A stretch of 62,482 bases of DNA, counting the filler, from Chthonomonadaceae bacterium (GTDB lineage Bacteria > Armatimonadota > Chthonomonadetes > Chthonomonadales > Chthonomonadaceae), in NCBI GenBank assembly GCA_035650735.1. It is 4 parts of 4 records of this genome, joined end to end, with 100 filler letters (N's around TTAATTAATTAA, not from the genome) between each part and the next. Parts side by side here need not be neighbours in the genome. Positions count along the whole stretch, not along the records: positions 1 to 23,525 come from DASRGZ010000096.1; positions 23,626 to 43,273 come from DASRGZ010000097.1; 2 more parts are not named here. One strand, 5' to 3'. The position numbers and the translations under genes are program-made. The first letter of the stretch is position 1. Each line of letters starts with the position of its first letter. Positions 20,307 through 29,515 of this stretch are shown here, piece by piece. The notes beneath the pieces were generated by a model. It did no database searches and was not told where the DNA came from. It was given only the letters and a program-made list of their open reading frames with translations.

Positions 20307-20810
20307 ATGGCTGTACCCGTGATTCGTTCCTCTCCTCGTCCGGGAGACTACCAGCAAATGGAGTACCTGACCGTTCACGATCTGGTCTGGATCAACAATA
20401 TCCTTACCGGCCAGGTCAACCCTTATGACTACGTGACGCTGGAAGCCTGCATGGCCGCGCAATATCGCTACGGCGAGAGTCAGGACGTGCCGGGACAGGC
20501 CGCCAGCTTCCTCAACGCTCTGCTTTCCAAGCGGCCCTTTGCCAGTGGCAACCGCCGTACGGCGTTTATTGCCACGCTCACGTTCCTCAATGCCAACGGC
20601 TATGCCACGAAGGTCAATGACAAGCAGGCCGCCGCGATTATTCTTGCGGTGGATCGGGGCGAGCGCACGCCGCAGCAGGCCATCGCCGAGCTGGCCGCGC
20701 CCGCCCAGCAGGGCCTGCCGTCCGGCATCACCCTCCGCAAACTTATCACCCACGAGTGCAACCTGCATGTGGAGGCGTTAAAGCGCCTGATGGAAGGCGA
20801 CGATGGATAG
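20307..20810 (+). CDS. Fic/Doc family protein with a degenerate motif
   Basis: YLTVHDLVWIN..., KRPFASGNRRTAF...FLNANG matches the Doc-like layout; alternative start at 20358. Confidence 0.8.
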   Translation: MAVPVIRSSPRPGDYQQMEYLTVHDLVWINNILTGQVNPYDYVTLEACMAAQYRYGESQDVPGQAASFLNALLSKRPFASGNRRTAFIATLTFLNANGYATKVNDKQAAAIILAVDRGERTPQQAIAELAAPAQQGLPSGITLRKLITHECNLHVEALKRLMEGDDG

Positions 20811-20819
20811 CGTGGAGCG

Positions 20820-21782
20820 ATGGCTGAGCTTACCGTAGGCGTCGTCGGGTGCGGCGGCGCAGGCCAGGTGCATCTGAGCTGCTGGGCCAATCTCAGCGGC
20901 GTGCGGATCGCCGCCGTGTGCGACCGGGACGGCGTTATGGCGGCGCGCACGGTCCTGGAGTATGAGGGCGCAGCCGCTTTCACCCGCGTCGAGGACCTGC
21001 TCGGAGCCGGGCCGCTCGACATCGTGGATGTCTGTACGCCTCCGGATCAGCAGGCCGCCATCGCCACCGCCGCCCTCAACGCCGGCGCCAACGTCCTCTG
21101 CGAAACGCCCTTTACCGGCCAGCCCGACGCGGCTGCCTCTCTGGTAGCGCTGGCTGCCTCCCGCGAGCGCCTGCTGATGCCTGCCTTCTGCCACCGCTTC
21201 CACCCGCCCCTCCTCTTCGCCAAAGAGCTATTGGATAACGACGATATTGGCCGCCCCGTAATGTTCCGTTGCCGCTTCAGCGGCTACTGGAGCGAGGTGG
21301 ATACCCGCAAGCTCGCCTCTGAGGAGCGATTAGCGCAGGGCGCGCTGATGAATACGGCTATTCACGGCATTGACCTGTTTCGTTATCTCTGTGGGGAGGT
21401 TGACGGCATCGCGGGCAAGCTCTTGAAGGTAAACCCTGAGCTAAGCGTGGAGGACACGGCCGTAGTGGCCCTGGAGGGCCGGAGCGCTGTTGGCGTGGTG
21501 GAGACCAGTTGGAGCACGCCGGGGGGCCGCAACGTCGTGGAGATCTATGGCTCGGCGGGCGCGTGCCTGATAGATTACGACGAGGGCACGCTGCGCTACC
21601 TGACCGCCGATCAGCCCGTGTGGCGGCATCATGAGGAGAGCGGCCTGAACCGCTTCGAGCGCGAGATCGCCCACTTCGCCGACGCTGTGCGCGGACTCCA
21701 GCCGCTCAGGGCCACCGGCGAAGACGGGGCGCGCGCCGTTGCGCTTTGCGCCGAAGTCTACCGCCAGAATGGTCGCGCCTGA
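20820..21782 (+). CDS. Gfo/Idh/MocA family oxidoreductase
   Basis: VGVVGCGGAG, DVCTP, VLCETP, RFHP, GALMNTAIHGID. Confidence 0.9.
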   Translation: MAELTVGVVGCGGAGQVHLSCWANLSGVRIAAVCDRDGVMAARTVLEYEGAAAFTRVEDLLGAGPLDIVDVCTPPDQQAAIATAALNAGANVLCETPFTGQPDAAASLVALAASRERLLMPAFCHRFHPPLLFAKELLDNDDIGRPVMFRCRFSGYWSEVDTRKLASEERLAQGALMNTAIHGIDLFRYLCGEVDGIAGKLLKVNPELSVEDTAVVALEGRSAVGVVETSWSTPGGRNVVEIYGSAGACLIDYDEGTLRYLTADQPVWRHHEESGLNRFEREIAHFADAVRGLQPLRATGEDGARAVALCAEVYRQNGRA

Positions 21783-21839
21783 CGACTCCGAAACGATCTC
21801 CCACAGGCAAGGACAAGGGAGACGGCCCGCTCTCCGCGT

Positions 21840-23525
21840 TTATTGCCAGTCGCCGACGAGGATGAAGGCAGCCCAGTAGTAGGGATGAGTGTGCTGCCCA
21901 TCCTTCATTAAGGACAACGCTGCCTGCTGCAACGCTTCTGCCTTCCCTTGCCCGGCCTTCAAGTTCCGATTGAACCCCTGCATCAACTGGCTCGTGCTGG
22001 CATCACTGACCGACCACTGGCTGACCACCGCACTCTGCACCCCCGCTCCCGTCAAGGCCCAGGTCAGCCCAACAATGCCTTCTCCATTGACCTTCTGGCC
22101 TTGCCCGGTCTCACAGGCCGAGAGCACCACCAGGTCAGCCTTCCAGGTCTGGGAGAAAATGTCGCTGGCGGTCAGGAACATGTCGCTGCTGGAATTGACA
22201 GGCGGTTCGGCCAATACGACGAAGCTATACAGGGGAGCAGCATCGTTGTAGTGGCCGTGCGTGGCGAAGTGGAGGATACGGTACTGCCCGCCTTCCTGCA
22301 AGGCACGCTGCTTGAGCGCCTGCTTGCCGGTGTAGACAGTGGCCTCAGGGAAGGTATTGCGAATGCCTTCGACTTCCTTCTGACTGTTGGGCAGAGGCTG
22401 GATGCCTCCGCGCTGGAACAGGTCGCGCGAGTCGGCCAGCAGAGGCCGTCCGTCGGGAGGGGGAGAGGGAGCGTCCTGAGCCAGGGTGCCGAAGTCGGAA
22501 TTGCCGAAGGCCAGCAGGGTTTTGGGCGGTCGGACACGCTTGGGATCGGAGCGGTCGCGGAGGATGCGGGCGAGCATGGAACCGCTGTAGGCATAGCTGA
22601 GCTGGTAACGCTGCCAGAGGAACGCCTCCCTTTCGGTTGCTCCCTGGCTGGTGGAGGAGGGGAGTAAGAGAGCCTGGAAGGGCAGGTTCCAGAGCACGTT
22701 ATCAGGACAGACGAGCAGGCGTTTCTTGCCTGCCAACTGCTTCTCTGCGGGGGCCAGCAGCAGGGTGTAGAGGTCGTGGGCTTTGAGTTGGTAGTCCCGA
22801 TTGGGGTTGGAGCAGGCGGCCTGGAAGTCAGAAACCTGCTCGGCAAGCTGCTTCTGGGTGCGTGCAATGGAGTAGACCTGGAGCAGTGGCTTGCCCTGCT
22901 GGATGGTCAGGCAGAACAGCACGGTTTCATCGAGCGTCTGCTTGCCTGTGCCTGCCTGGAGGATGACGTATTCGAGTAGAGCGGTATCGGCGGGCAGGAG
23001 AGCAGCAATCTGGGACAGGGTCAGCGTCTTGGCCGGCTGTCGGCTGGCAAGCTGGGGATAGCGGGAGAGCAGTTCATCGGAGAAGGACTGAAGCGCCTGC
23101 TCGCTCTGCTGCAACTGTTGCCGGAGAGGGTCAATCTGTTGTGGGTCGGTGCTGTGCAGTTGGGCCTGGAGGAGTTGGGCGTTGGCGTGCTGGGCGGTCT
23201 GCTGAAGTTGGGCAAGATGGAAGGCGTCTTGGTCGGTGAGGAAACGGGAGAAGTCGGCTTTACCGCCAGCAAGCAGGTCCAGGAGGACACGGGCTTTTGT
23301 CTGTTGGGCGAGCAGAAAGGCTTCTTGGGTGGCAGCCTGTGTGGATTGGCGCAGCAGCAGATGCAGGCAGTAGTAGAAGACGCCAAGATATTTGGCCAGA
23401 AAGCTCTGTTTGTTCTGGGTGAGGCTGCCGAGGTTAGCGCGGACGGTTTCGAGGCGGGCCACGGCCTGACGGGCATGGTCAAGGGCGAGTGCGGTCTGGC
23501 CCTGGGCTTGCTCAGACCAGGCCAG
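21840..23525 (-). CDS. CHAT (caspase-like) domain protein, 5' end truncated by contig break
   Basis: ILHFATHG and LVVLSACETG catalytic His/Cys motifs, VSQWSVSD, HPYYWAAFILVGD; frame runs towards the N linker. Confidence 0.9.
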   Translation of the reverse strand: MAWSEQAQGQTALALDHARQAVARLETVRANLGSLTQNKQSFLAKYLGVFYYCLHLLLRQSTQAATQEAFLLAQQTKARVLLDLLAGGKADFSRFLTDQDAFHLAQLQQTAQHANAQLLQAQLHSTDPQQIDPLRQQLQQSEQALQSFSDELLSRYPQLASRQPAKTLTLSQIAALLPADTALLEYVILQAGTGKQTLDETVLFCLTIQQGKPLLQVYSIARTQKQLAEQVSDFQAACSNPNRDYQLKAHDLYTLLLAPAEKQLAGKKRLLVCPDNVLWNLPFQALLLPSSTSQGATEREAFLWQRYQLSYAYSGSMLARILRDRSDPKRVRPPKTLLAFGNSDFGTLAQDAPSPPPDGRPLLADSRDLFQRGGIQPLPNSQKEVEGIRNTFPEATVYTGKQALKQRALQEGGQYRILHFATHGHYNDAAPLYSFVVLAEPPVNSSSDMFLTASDIFSQTWKADLVVLSACETGQGQKVNGEGIVGLTWALTGAGVQSAVVSQWSVSDASTSQLMQGFNRNLKAGQGKAEALQQAALSLMKDGQHTHPYYWAAFILVGDWQ

Positions 23526-23625
23526 NNNNNNNNNNNNNNNNNNNNNNNNNNNNNNNNNNNNNNNNNNNNTTAATTAATTAANNNNNNNNNNNNNNNNNNN
23601 NNNNNNNNNNNNNNNNNNNNNNNNN
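23526..23625. other. Artificial contig linker
   Basis: N run + TTAATTAATTAA + N run, 100 bp. Confidence 0.97.
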
Positions 23626-23830
23626 TCTCTGCCTGCGTAGGCAGCAGGGCTGCCCCTAGAGAACGATGGTGACGCCCCTGGCGTTGTCAACGGGTATTCT
23701 GCCCGCGTCGGTGTCGCAGGGCGGAGGGCCGAATTATTGCAGGCCCGACCCTGGCAGTCAGCATGATCTCTGCCCACGTAGGTGGGCAGCAGGCCGTAGG
23801 CTCCACAGCGGCAGGGTTTAGCCTGCCGCC
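23626..23830. repeat. REP-like repeat cluster at contig start
   Basis: Shares GCCCACGTAGGTGGGC and CGGCAGGGTTTAGCCTGCCG with 11303-11396, and a segment with 2654-2675. Confidence 0.65.
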
Positions 23831-23873
23831 AGGAGAGTGAGGTCTCCAAGTACACAAGGGAGCGGTTGCAAGA

Positions 23874-24644
23874 ATGTCGGACGTGATGATTGAAGTTCAG
23901 GACGTGCATAAGATTTACAAGATGGGCAAAATGGAGGTGCACGCGCTGCGGGGCGTCTCCTTGCAGATCTATCGTGGCGAGTTCGTGGCGATCATGGGGC
24001 CGTCCGGCTCCGGCAAGTCCACCTTCATGAACCTGATCGGCTGCCTGGACAAGCCGACGCGCGGCTCCTACAAGCTGGATGGCATCGAAGTCGCACGCCT
24101 GAATGACAATCAGTTGGCGGAGATACGCAACCGCAAGATCGGTTTTGTCTTTCAGACGTTCAATCTGCTGGCGCGTACCTCGGCGCTGCGTAACGTGGAG
24201 CTGCCGATGCTCTATAGCAACACCAGCGCTAAAAACCGCATGCAGATAGCCCGGCACGCCCTGCAGATCGTGGGGCTTGGCGACCGCGCTCACCATAAGC
24301 CCAATGAGCTCTCCGGCGGACAGCAGCAACGGGTCGCCATCGCCCGCGCCCTCGTCAACGATCCGCCCATCATCTTTGGGGACGAGCCGACCGGAAACCT
24401 GGATACGCGCACCGGCGAGGAGATCATGGCGATCTTCCAGAAGCTAAACCGGGAGGGCAAAACGGTCGTCATCGTTACGCATGAGCAGGATATTGCCGAG
24501 CACGCGCAGCGTATTATCCGATTCAAGGACGGCAAGCTCGTCGCCGATGAGCGGGTGGAGCGCCCGCGCGACGCCGAAGCCACGCTCGCTGGGATGGGCC
24601 AGCCAGCCGATGAAGATGAGGAGGAAGTTGCCGTCCCGGCGTGA
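23874..24644 (+). CDS. ABC transporter ATP-binding protein (LolD/MacB type)
   Basis: GPSGSGKST Walker [29 protein letters not shown]. Confidence 0.95.
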   Translation: MSDVMIEVQDVHKIYKMGKMEVHALRGVSLQIYRGEFVAIMGPSGSGKSTFMNLIGCLDKPTRGSYKLDGIEVARLNDNQLAEIRNRKIGFVFQTFNLLARTSALRNVELPMLYSNTSAKNRMQIARHALQIVGLGDRAHHKPNELSGGQQQRVAIARALVNDPPIIFGDEPTGNLDTRTGEEIMAIFQKLNREGKTVVIVTHEQDIAEHAQRIIRFKDGKLVADERVERPRDAEATLAGMGQPADEDEEEVAVPA

Positions 24645-24754
24645 TCCCTACTCCGATGACAGCGAGGATGGGGGATCAGAGGATAGAATGCAAGCCTGCT
24701 CCCCTGACTACGCTGTCACCCTATCAGGTTCAAGGGCCGGAAGAGGAGAAGGTC

Positions 24755-24955
24755 ATGGGCCTGCGTCAGCGATTGGGGCGCTTTTTCGTGCGCCTGTCCT
24801 TGATCTTGATCGGGGCAGGCGTTGTGATCTCTCTGCCCGACCCGGACACGGGCGATGTCGTGCGCGCCAAGAACGCCATCGTCGCCCTCGTGAGCGTGAT
24901 CCTGATCGGCGTATTGCTGTTCGATACCTTCTTTTATGACCGCTACGGGCAGTGA
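24755..24955 (+). CDS. Small two-TM membrane protein
   Basis: GAGGAG RBS; two hydrophobic helices; ends DTFFYDRYGQ. Confidence 0.6.
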   Translation: MGLRQRLGRFFVRLSLILIGAGVVISLPDPDTGDVVRAKNAIVALVSVILIGVLLFDTFFYDRYGQ

Positions 24956-25037
24956 GTCCTGCTCAATCCAGTGCTTGCTTTCCTGGAAGTCGGGAGCCAG
25001 GTTGCCTTTTAGGACTGCTACGGGCAGTCAACCCTGC

Positions 25038-25538
25038 TCAGCGGCTTTCCTGGGAACGTAGGAAAAGATGCTGCGGGGTCAGAAGCCAGCGCAGGACGCC
25101 GCCGCCGGGCTCTAAGCGAACTGCCTCCACGCGCGCCAGCCCGCCGCGCTTGATCTCGACCGCGCCCCCGCCGATAAGCTGTCCGACGACCATGCTGAAA
25201 TCCGGCTCATGGCCGACAAGCAGGATTCGGGCGGAGGATGGCTGTGACGCCAGCAGGGATTGCAGGCTGCCCAGGCGCAGGTTGCCGGCAGCCAGTCGCT
25301 CCTCCAGGCGGATCTTGTCCTCGCGCAGACCGAGCGCCTTGGCGGCGATCTGGGCGGTTTCGAGGGCGCGCGCCAGGGGGCTGGAATAGATGGCGTCTAT
25401 CCTGGGGTCGAGGGCGGCCAGGCCGGCTGCCGCCGCCTGCATCTCCGCGCGGCCCTCAGAGGTAAGGTGACGGTCGGCATCGCGCTGACCGGCGTGGTGC
25501 TCCTCGGCGGCGCCGTGGCGGAGAAAATAGAGATGCAT
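25038..25538 (-). CDS. sixA: Phosphohistidine phosphatase SixA-like
   Basis: LYFLRHG, D..RHLT.EG, SSPLARALETA, LVGHEP. Confidence 0.88.
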   Translation of the reverse strand: MHLYFLRHGAAEEHHAGQRDADRHLTSEGRAEMQAAAAGLAALDPRIDAIYSSPLARALETAQIAAKALGLREDKIRLEERLAAGNLRLGSLQSLLASQPSSARILLVGHEPDFSMVVGQLIGGGAVEIKRGGLARVEAVRLEPGGGVLRWLLTPQHLFLRSQESR

Positions 25539-25745
25539 GGGGAATCCCTCCCGAATCGCAACGTGGGTCATCTCGCATTTTGGATGACCTGGAAACAGGA
25601 GAGCGGCGCCTGGCAGGCGCCGCTCTCCTGATTTTATGGGTACCGTTGCTGTTTGTTTGTTTGCCTGTTTCAATCCTCACCCAGTCCGGAGGCCGAGTGC
25701 TACGTAAGGGGGTGGAAGTCTGCTATCTCAAGCGCGGAGATCCGG

Positions 25746-26072
25746 TTACTTCGATTCGTCTTCAAGCAGGTTGGGGATCGTCTCCAGGCACTCTAGCGCA
25801 CGATGAAATTCACGCATTTCGTCCAGCGTAATATTGCCAAGTTTACGGAAGCGCTCTCGCTCGGCCACGCTCACGTCGCTGGAGGTTTCATGAAGCAGGC
25901 TGTCTTCCCACTCTTCCTGCTTGATAAAGTGTTCGCCCAGTTTCTTACAGCGCGAGCAGCGATATTTGATATAGACATAGCTGGGGCCAAACTGGCGCAC
26001 ATAGTAACCTTGCTGCATCACATCGCGCCGTGAGATACGCTGACCGCAATGGCACTTCAGGCTGGTCTTCAT
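25746..26072 (-). CDS. Zinc-ribbon hypothetical protein
   Basis: CHC...CSRC cysteine pairs, C-terminal ITLDEMREFH; GGAGGT RBS. Confidence 0.7.
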   Translation of the reverse strand: MKTSLKCHCGQRISRRDVMQQGYYVRQFGPSYVYIKYRCSRCKKLGEHFIKQEEWEDSLLHETSSDVSVAERERFRKLGNITLDEMREFHRALECLETIPNLLEDESK

Positions 26073-26252
26073 CCGTCATTACCTCCGTACCGCTGCACAT
26101 CGCTCCGATACTCGAAAGCGCGTGCGGAGGCGGCCGCGCCACGCAACCATATTGGGCGTTTGCGGGTGTTCAATTGTAAGGGGGTTGGAAATGCGCCTCC
26201 AGGCCCATTCCACTAGCATTATACCATATCTGCGCGGGGTTGCAAAGGGCGG

Positions 26253-27335
26253 CTACGGGAAGGAGGGAACGCCGGCGCTTTTGGGAACGAACAGGCGGAC
26301 GAAGCAGGAGACCGCATAGCGGTCGGTCATACCGGCGATGAAGTCGCAGACATGCTGGGCCAGTTCCTCTGTTGGCAGGTCGCGCAGGGCTGCGTTGCCG
26401 CTCATGCGCTCGGGCTGCTCCATATAGAGGTGAAAGAGCGCGTGGATGACGTGCTGGGCTTTGCGCAGATCCTGGTTGCCGGTGGCGGCGTTCCAGTAGA
26501 CGCGCTCGAACAGGAACTCCTTGAGCGTATCGGTGGCCACCGCGACGGCGGGCGACATCTCTACTATCGGCTTGCCGTCGCTATGCTCTACGATGTCAAT
26601 GACCATGCGGGCGATGCGCTCCGAGTGGCTGTGGCCCAGGGACTCCATCTGCTCGCGCGGCAGGTCGGCCGGTCTCAGCACGCCGGCGCGCAGAGCGTCG
26701 TCAATATCGTGGTTGATGTAGGCGACGCGGTCGGCAATGCGCACGACGTTGCCCTCCAGCGTGGCGGCGTGCTGGGCGGAGGGATCGGTCAGGTCTTTGC
26801 GGCCTTTGCTGTGGCGGGCGATGCCATCGCGCACCTCCCAGCTCAGATTCAGGCCCGGGCCGGGGGGATTTTCGCCGGTGCCGCGCTCCAGCAGCTCCAC
26901 CACGCGCAGGCTCTGCTCATAGTGGCGGAAGCCGGCGTGGGGGACGTACTCGCGGTAGGCGGCGTCGAGGGCCTCTTCTCCGGCATGGCCGAAGGGTGGA
27001 TGGCCCAGATCATGGGCGAGGGCAACGGCTTCCGTCAGATCCTCGTTGAGCCGGAGGGCGCGGGCGATGGTGCGCGCGATCTGGGCGACCTCCAGCGTGT
27101 GGGTAAGACGGGTGCGGTAATGATCTTCTTCCGGGTCAATGAAGACCTGCGTCTTATGCTTGAGGCGGCGGAAAGCCTTAGAATGGAGGATGCGGTCGCG
27201 GTCGCGCTGAAAGGCGGTTCGCACCGGGTCGGGCGTTTCCGGGCGTTGACGGCCCCGCGACTCGGCGGCTCTGGCTGCCCAGGGCGCTAAAAACTCTTGC
27301 TCCCACTGTTCCTGGCGTTCGCGCGGCGTCAGCAT
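26253..27335 (-). CDS. dgt: Deoxyguanosinetriphosphate triphosphohydrolase (HD family)
   Basis: RTAFQRDRDRILHSKAFRRLKHKTQV, RTRLTHTLEV, HDLGHPPFGHAGE, DFIAGMTDRYA. Confidence 0.93.
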   Translation of the reverse strand: MLTPRERQEQWEQEFLAPWAARAAESRGRQRPETPDPVRTAFQRDRDRILHSKAFRRLKHKTQVFIDPEEDHYRTRLTHTLEVAQIARTIARALRLNEDLTEAVALAHDLGHPPFGHAGEEALDAAYREYVPHAGFRHYEQSLRVVELLERGTGENPPGPGLNLSWEVRDGIARHSKGRKDLTDPSAQHAATLEGNVVRIADRVAYINHDIDDALRAGVLRPADLPREQMESLGHSHSERIARMVIDIVEHSDGKPIVEMSPAVAVATDTLKEFLFERVYWNAATGNQDLRKAQHVIHALFHLYMEQPERMSGNAALRDLPTEELAQHVCDFIAGMTDRYAVSCFVRLFVPKSAGVPSFP

Positions 27336-27435
27336 GGCCCCCTTCAAATCCTTTCTCACCCCAGGGTGCTGTTTTCAGAATACCGGACGAGACAAAACAA
27401 AGTCAATGGGCCGCGAGAGACCCTCCTTCCCCAAT

Positions 27436-27464
27436 TGGACAAAGCTACGGAAACGGTGTATAAT
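27436..27464 (+). promoter_or_regulatory. Sigma-70-type promoter upstream of folK
   Basis: TGGACA-17 nt-TATAAT. Confidence 0.6.
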
Positions 27465-27557
27465 TGGCACAATCAAAAACAGACGAAAATGCGGTCTCCG
27501 GAACAGGCCGCGAAAATGCCGCGTAAACCTGAATAGGGATGGGAGAAAAGAAGCGGC

Positions 27558-28112
27558 ATGGAAGCGGCGGAGAACGCACGGGCAGCGGAGGGAACCGTTG
27601 CCTATCTGGGGCTGGGCTCCAGCCTGGGAGATAGGCTGAGCCATCTGCGGGAGGCCATACGGCGTCTGCGAACCCTCGGGCCGGGCGTGCAGGTGGAGGC
27701 CGTATCGCCCGTCTACGAGTCGCCGCATATGGGGCTGGAGCCAGGCGATGCAACGAAGTTTCCGCCGCACCTTAACTGCGTGGTGCGAATAAGAACCACG
27801 CTGACGCCGGTGGAGCTATTGGAGCGGGTACAGCAGGTTGAAGAGGCCGGAAAGCGCCAGCGCAGCCAGCGGTGGGGGCCGCGCACCATTGATATAGATA
27901 TTCTGCTGTATGGAAACCGGACGCTGCGCACGGACAGATTGACCCTGCCCCACCCAGGTATCGCCGAGCGGGCGTTTGTCCTGTATCCGCTGGCCGACCT
28001 CGCGCCCGATCTGACTCTGCCCGGCGGCCGTACTGTCGCCAGCCTGCTTCGCTCGAAACCCATTCTCTCGCAGCCTATTGAACGAGTAGCAAATGATGAA
28101 CTTCTTCTATGA
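27558..28112 (+). CDS. folK: 2-amino-4-hydroxy-6-hydroxymethyldihydropteridine diphosphokinase
   Basis: AYLGLGSSLGDR, SPVYES, RWGPRTIDIDILLY, LPHP...RAFVLYPL. Confidence 0.95.
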   Translation: MEAAENARAAEGTVAYLGLGSSLGDRLSHLREAIRRLRTLGPGVQVEAVSPVYESPHMGLEPGDATKFPPHLNCVVRIRTTLTPVELLERVQQVEEAGKRQRSQRWGPRTIDIDILLYGNRTLRTDRLTLPHPGIAERAFVLYPLADLAPDLTLPGGRTVASLLRSKPILSQPIERVANDELLL

Positions 28113-29499
28113 GGCGGTGGATGAGACCGGCAAGACCGTCCTGGGCAAGATAGACGCCGTGGACGCCGCCGACGTACAACGCCGCCTGCTGCAAATGGGG
28201 TATCGCCCGCAGTCTATCGCGCCCAATCTGGGAGCGGCGCCCACCAATGTGCCTGCCGTCCAGAACCAGGCGTCCCTGAACGGCGCTTCGGAAATGCCTC
28301 TGCTGACCGGGAACGCGCCGCCCGTGGGGCAGCAATTAACGATGAAGCAGGGCGCGGTGCGAACGGGGAGCATCACGCTGGCGGGGAACGCGGCGCGGGT
28401 AGTCGGCAAGCAGACCCGAAGCGCGCTCACGCAGGCCCGCTCGCTTCAGACGCCTGCGCCCGCCGTACCGGCGACTCCGTTGGGCGGAGTGAAGACGCGC
28501 GATCTGCTGTTGTTCTTTCAGCAGCTGGCCTCGCTCGTCCGCAGCGGCATGACTCTCTATACGGCCCTGGAGAACCTGGCGCAGCGCACGCCGAACCGGA
28601 ACCTGGCCCGCACCGCCCGCGAGATGGCCGAGGTAGCCCATACCGGGGGGCGCATCTCCGATGTGATGGCGCAGTATCCGGGCATCTTTGAAGCGCATAT
28701 CATCGGCATAATACGCGCCGGAGAGATGGGCGGCTTTCTGGATACCGCGCTGGCCGAGATCGCCGACGACTACCAGAAGAATATCAGCCTGTATCGCGCC
28801 ACCTGGCTGCCCAAGCTCCTGGCGACTCAGGCGCTGTTTACGCTGGCGCTGGCGCAGCCTGTCTTCCCGAATCTCTTCCCGAACTTCGACGTGCGGCGCT
28901 ATCTGGCGCTGGTGCTGTTCCGCAACCTGCCGATTGCGCTGGCGGTGTACTGGGGGATTCGGCTGGGCAGCCGCCTGCTTCAGAAGCCGCAGAACCGTCG
29001 GCTGCGCGATAGCTGGGCGCTGCGCCTGAAGCCGTTCGGAGAGCTGCAGCGGCAGACGGCGCTGGCGAACTTCCTGGTGGCGCTGCGGCGGCTCTATGCG
29101 GCGGGCGTCTCGCCCATTCAGGCATGGGAAGGCGCGATGAACACGGCCAGCAACGCCGTCCTTCGTGAGGAACTGGCGCAGGCCTACGCGCTGATGCAGC
29201 AGGGGGCCTCGCTGCCGGAGGCGTTTGCCGCAACCGGCCTCTTCGCCAACGAGGTGGAGCAGCTCATCCTCACCGGGCACCAGTCGGGCGAAGTGGTGGA
29301 GATGCTGGATAGGGCCGCAGAGTACTACCATCTGCGCGCGGAGGAGGCGGCTTCCCAGGCGCGCTTTATGATGCTCCGCTATGGCATTTTGGCGCTCCTC
29401 GTTCTCGGCGGTATTACCAGCATCTGGTTAACGTATAGCTATTTTCATGGCATTTTCGACTGGGTAGATAAGTTTTTCGCGCCGGAAGCGGGGGGATAG
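28093..29499 (+). CDS. Type II secretion/type IV pilus platform protein (GspF/PilC family), paralogue 1
   Basis: FFYEAVDETGK..G.IDA N-terminus, FFQQLASLVRSG, AGEMGG.LD, GHQSGEVVEMLDRAAEYY. Confidence 0.88.
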   Translation: MMNFFYEAVDETGKTVLGKIDAVDAADVQRRLLQMGYRPQSIAPNLGAAPTNVPAVQNQASLNGASEMPLLTGNAPPVGQQLTMKQGAVRTGSITLAGNAARVVGKQTRSALTQARSLQTPAPAVPATPLGGVKTRDLLLFFQQLASLVRSGMTLYTALENLAQRTPNRNLARTAREMAEVAHTGGRISDVMAQYPGIFEAHIIGIIRAGEMGGFLDTALAEIADDYQKNISLYRATWLPKLLATQALFTLALAQPVFPNLFPNFDVRRYLALVLFRNLPIALAVYWGIRLGSRLLQKPQNRRLRDSWALRLKPFGELQRQTALANFLVALRRLYAAGVSPIQAWEGAMNTASNAVLREELAQAYALMQQGASLPEAFAATGLFANEVEQLILTGHQSGEVVEMLDRAAEYYHLRAEEAASQARFMMLRYGILALLVLGGITSIWLTYSYFHGIFDWVDKFFAPEAGG

Positions 29500-29515
29500 A
29501 AGAGGGAGGCAGGTC

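Noticed and set aside
23570..23581. TTAATTAATTAA palindromes (also in the other two linkers) as a biological motif
   Set aside because: Identical 12-mers centred in N runs are six-frame-stop assembly linkers.
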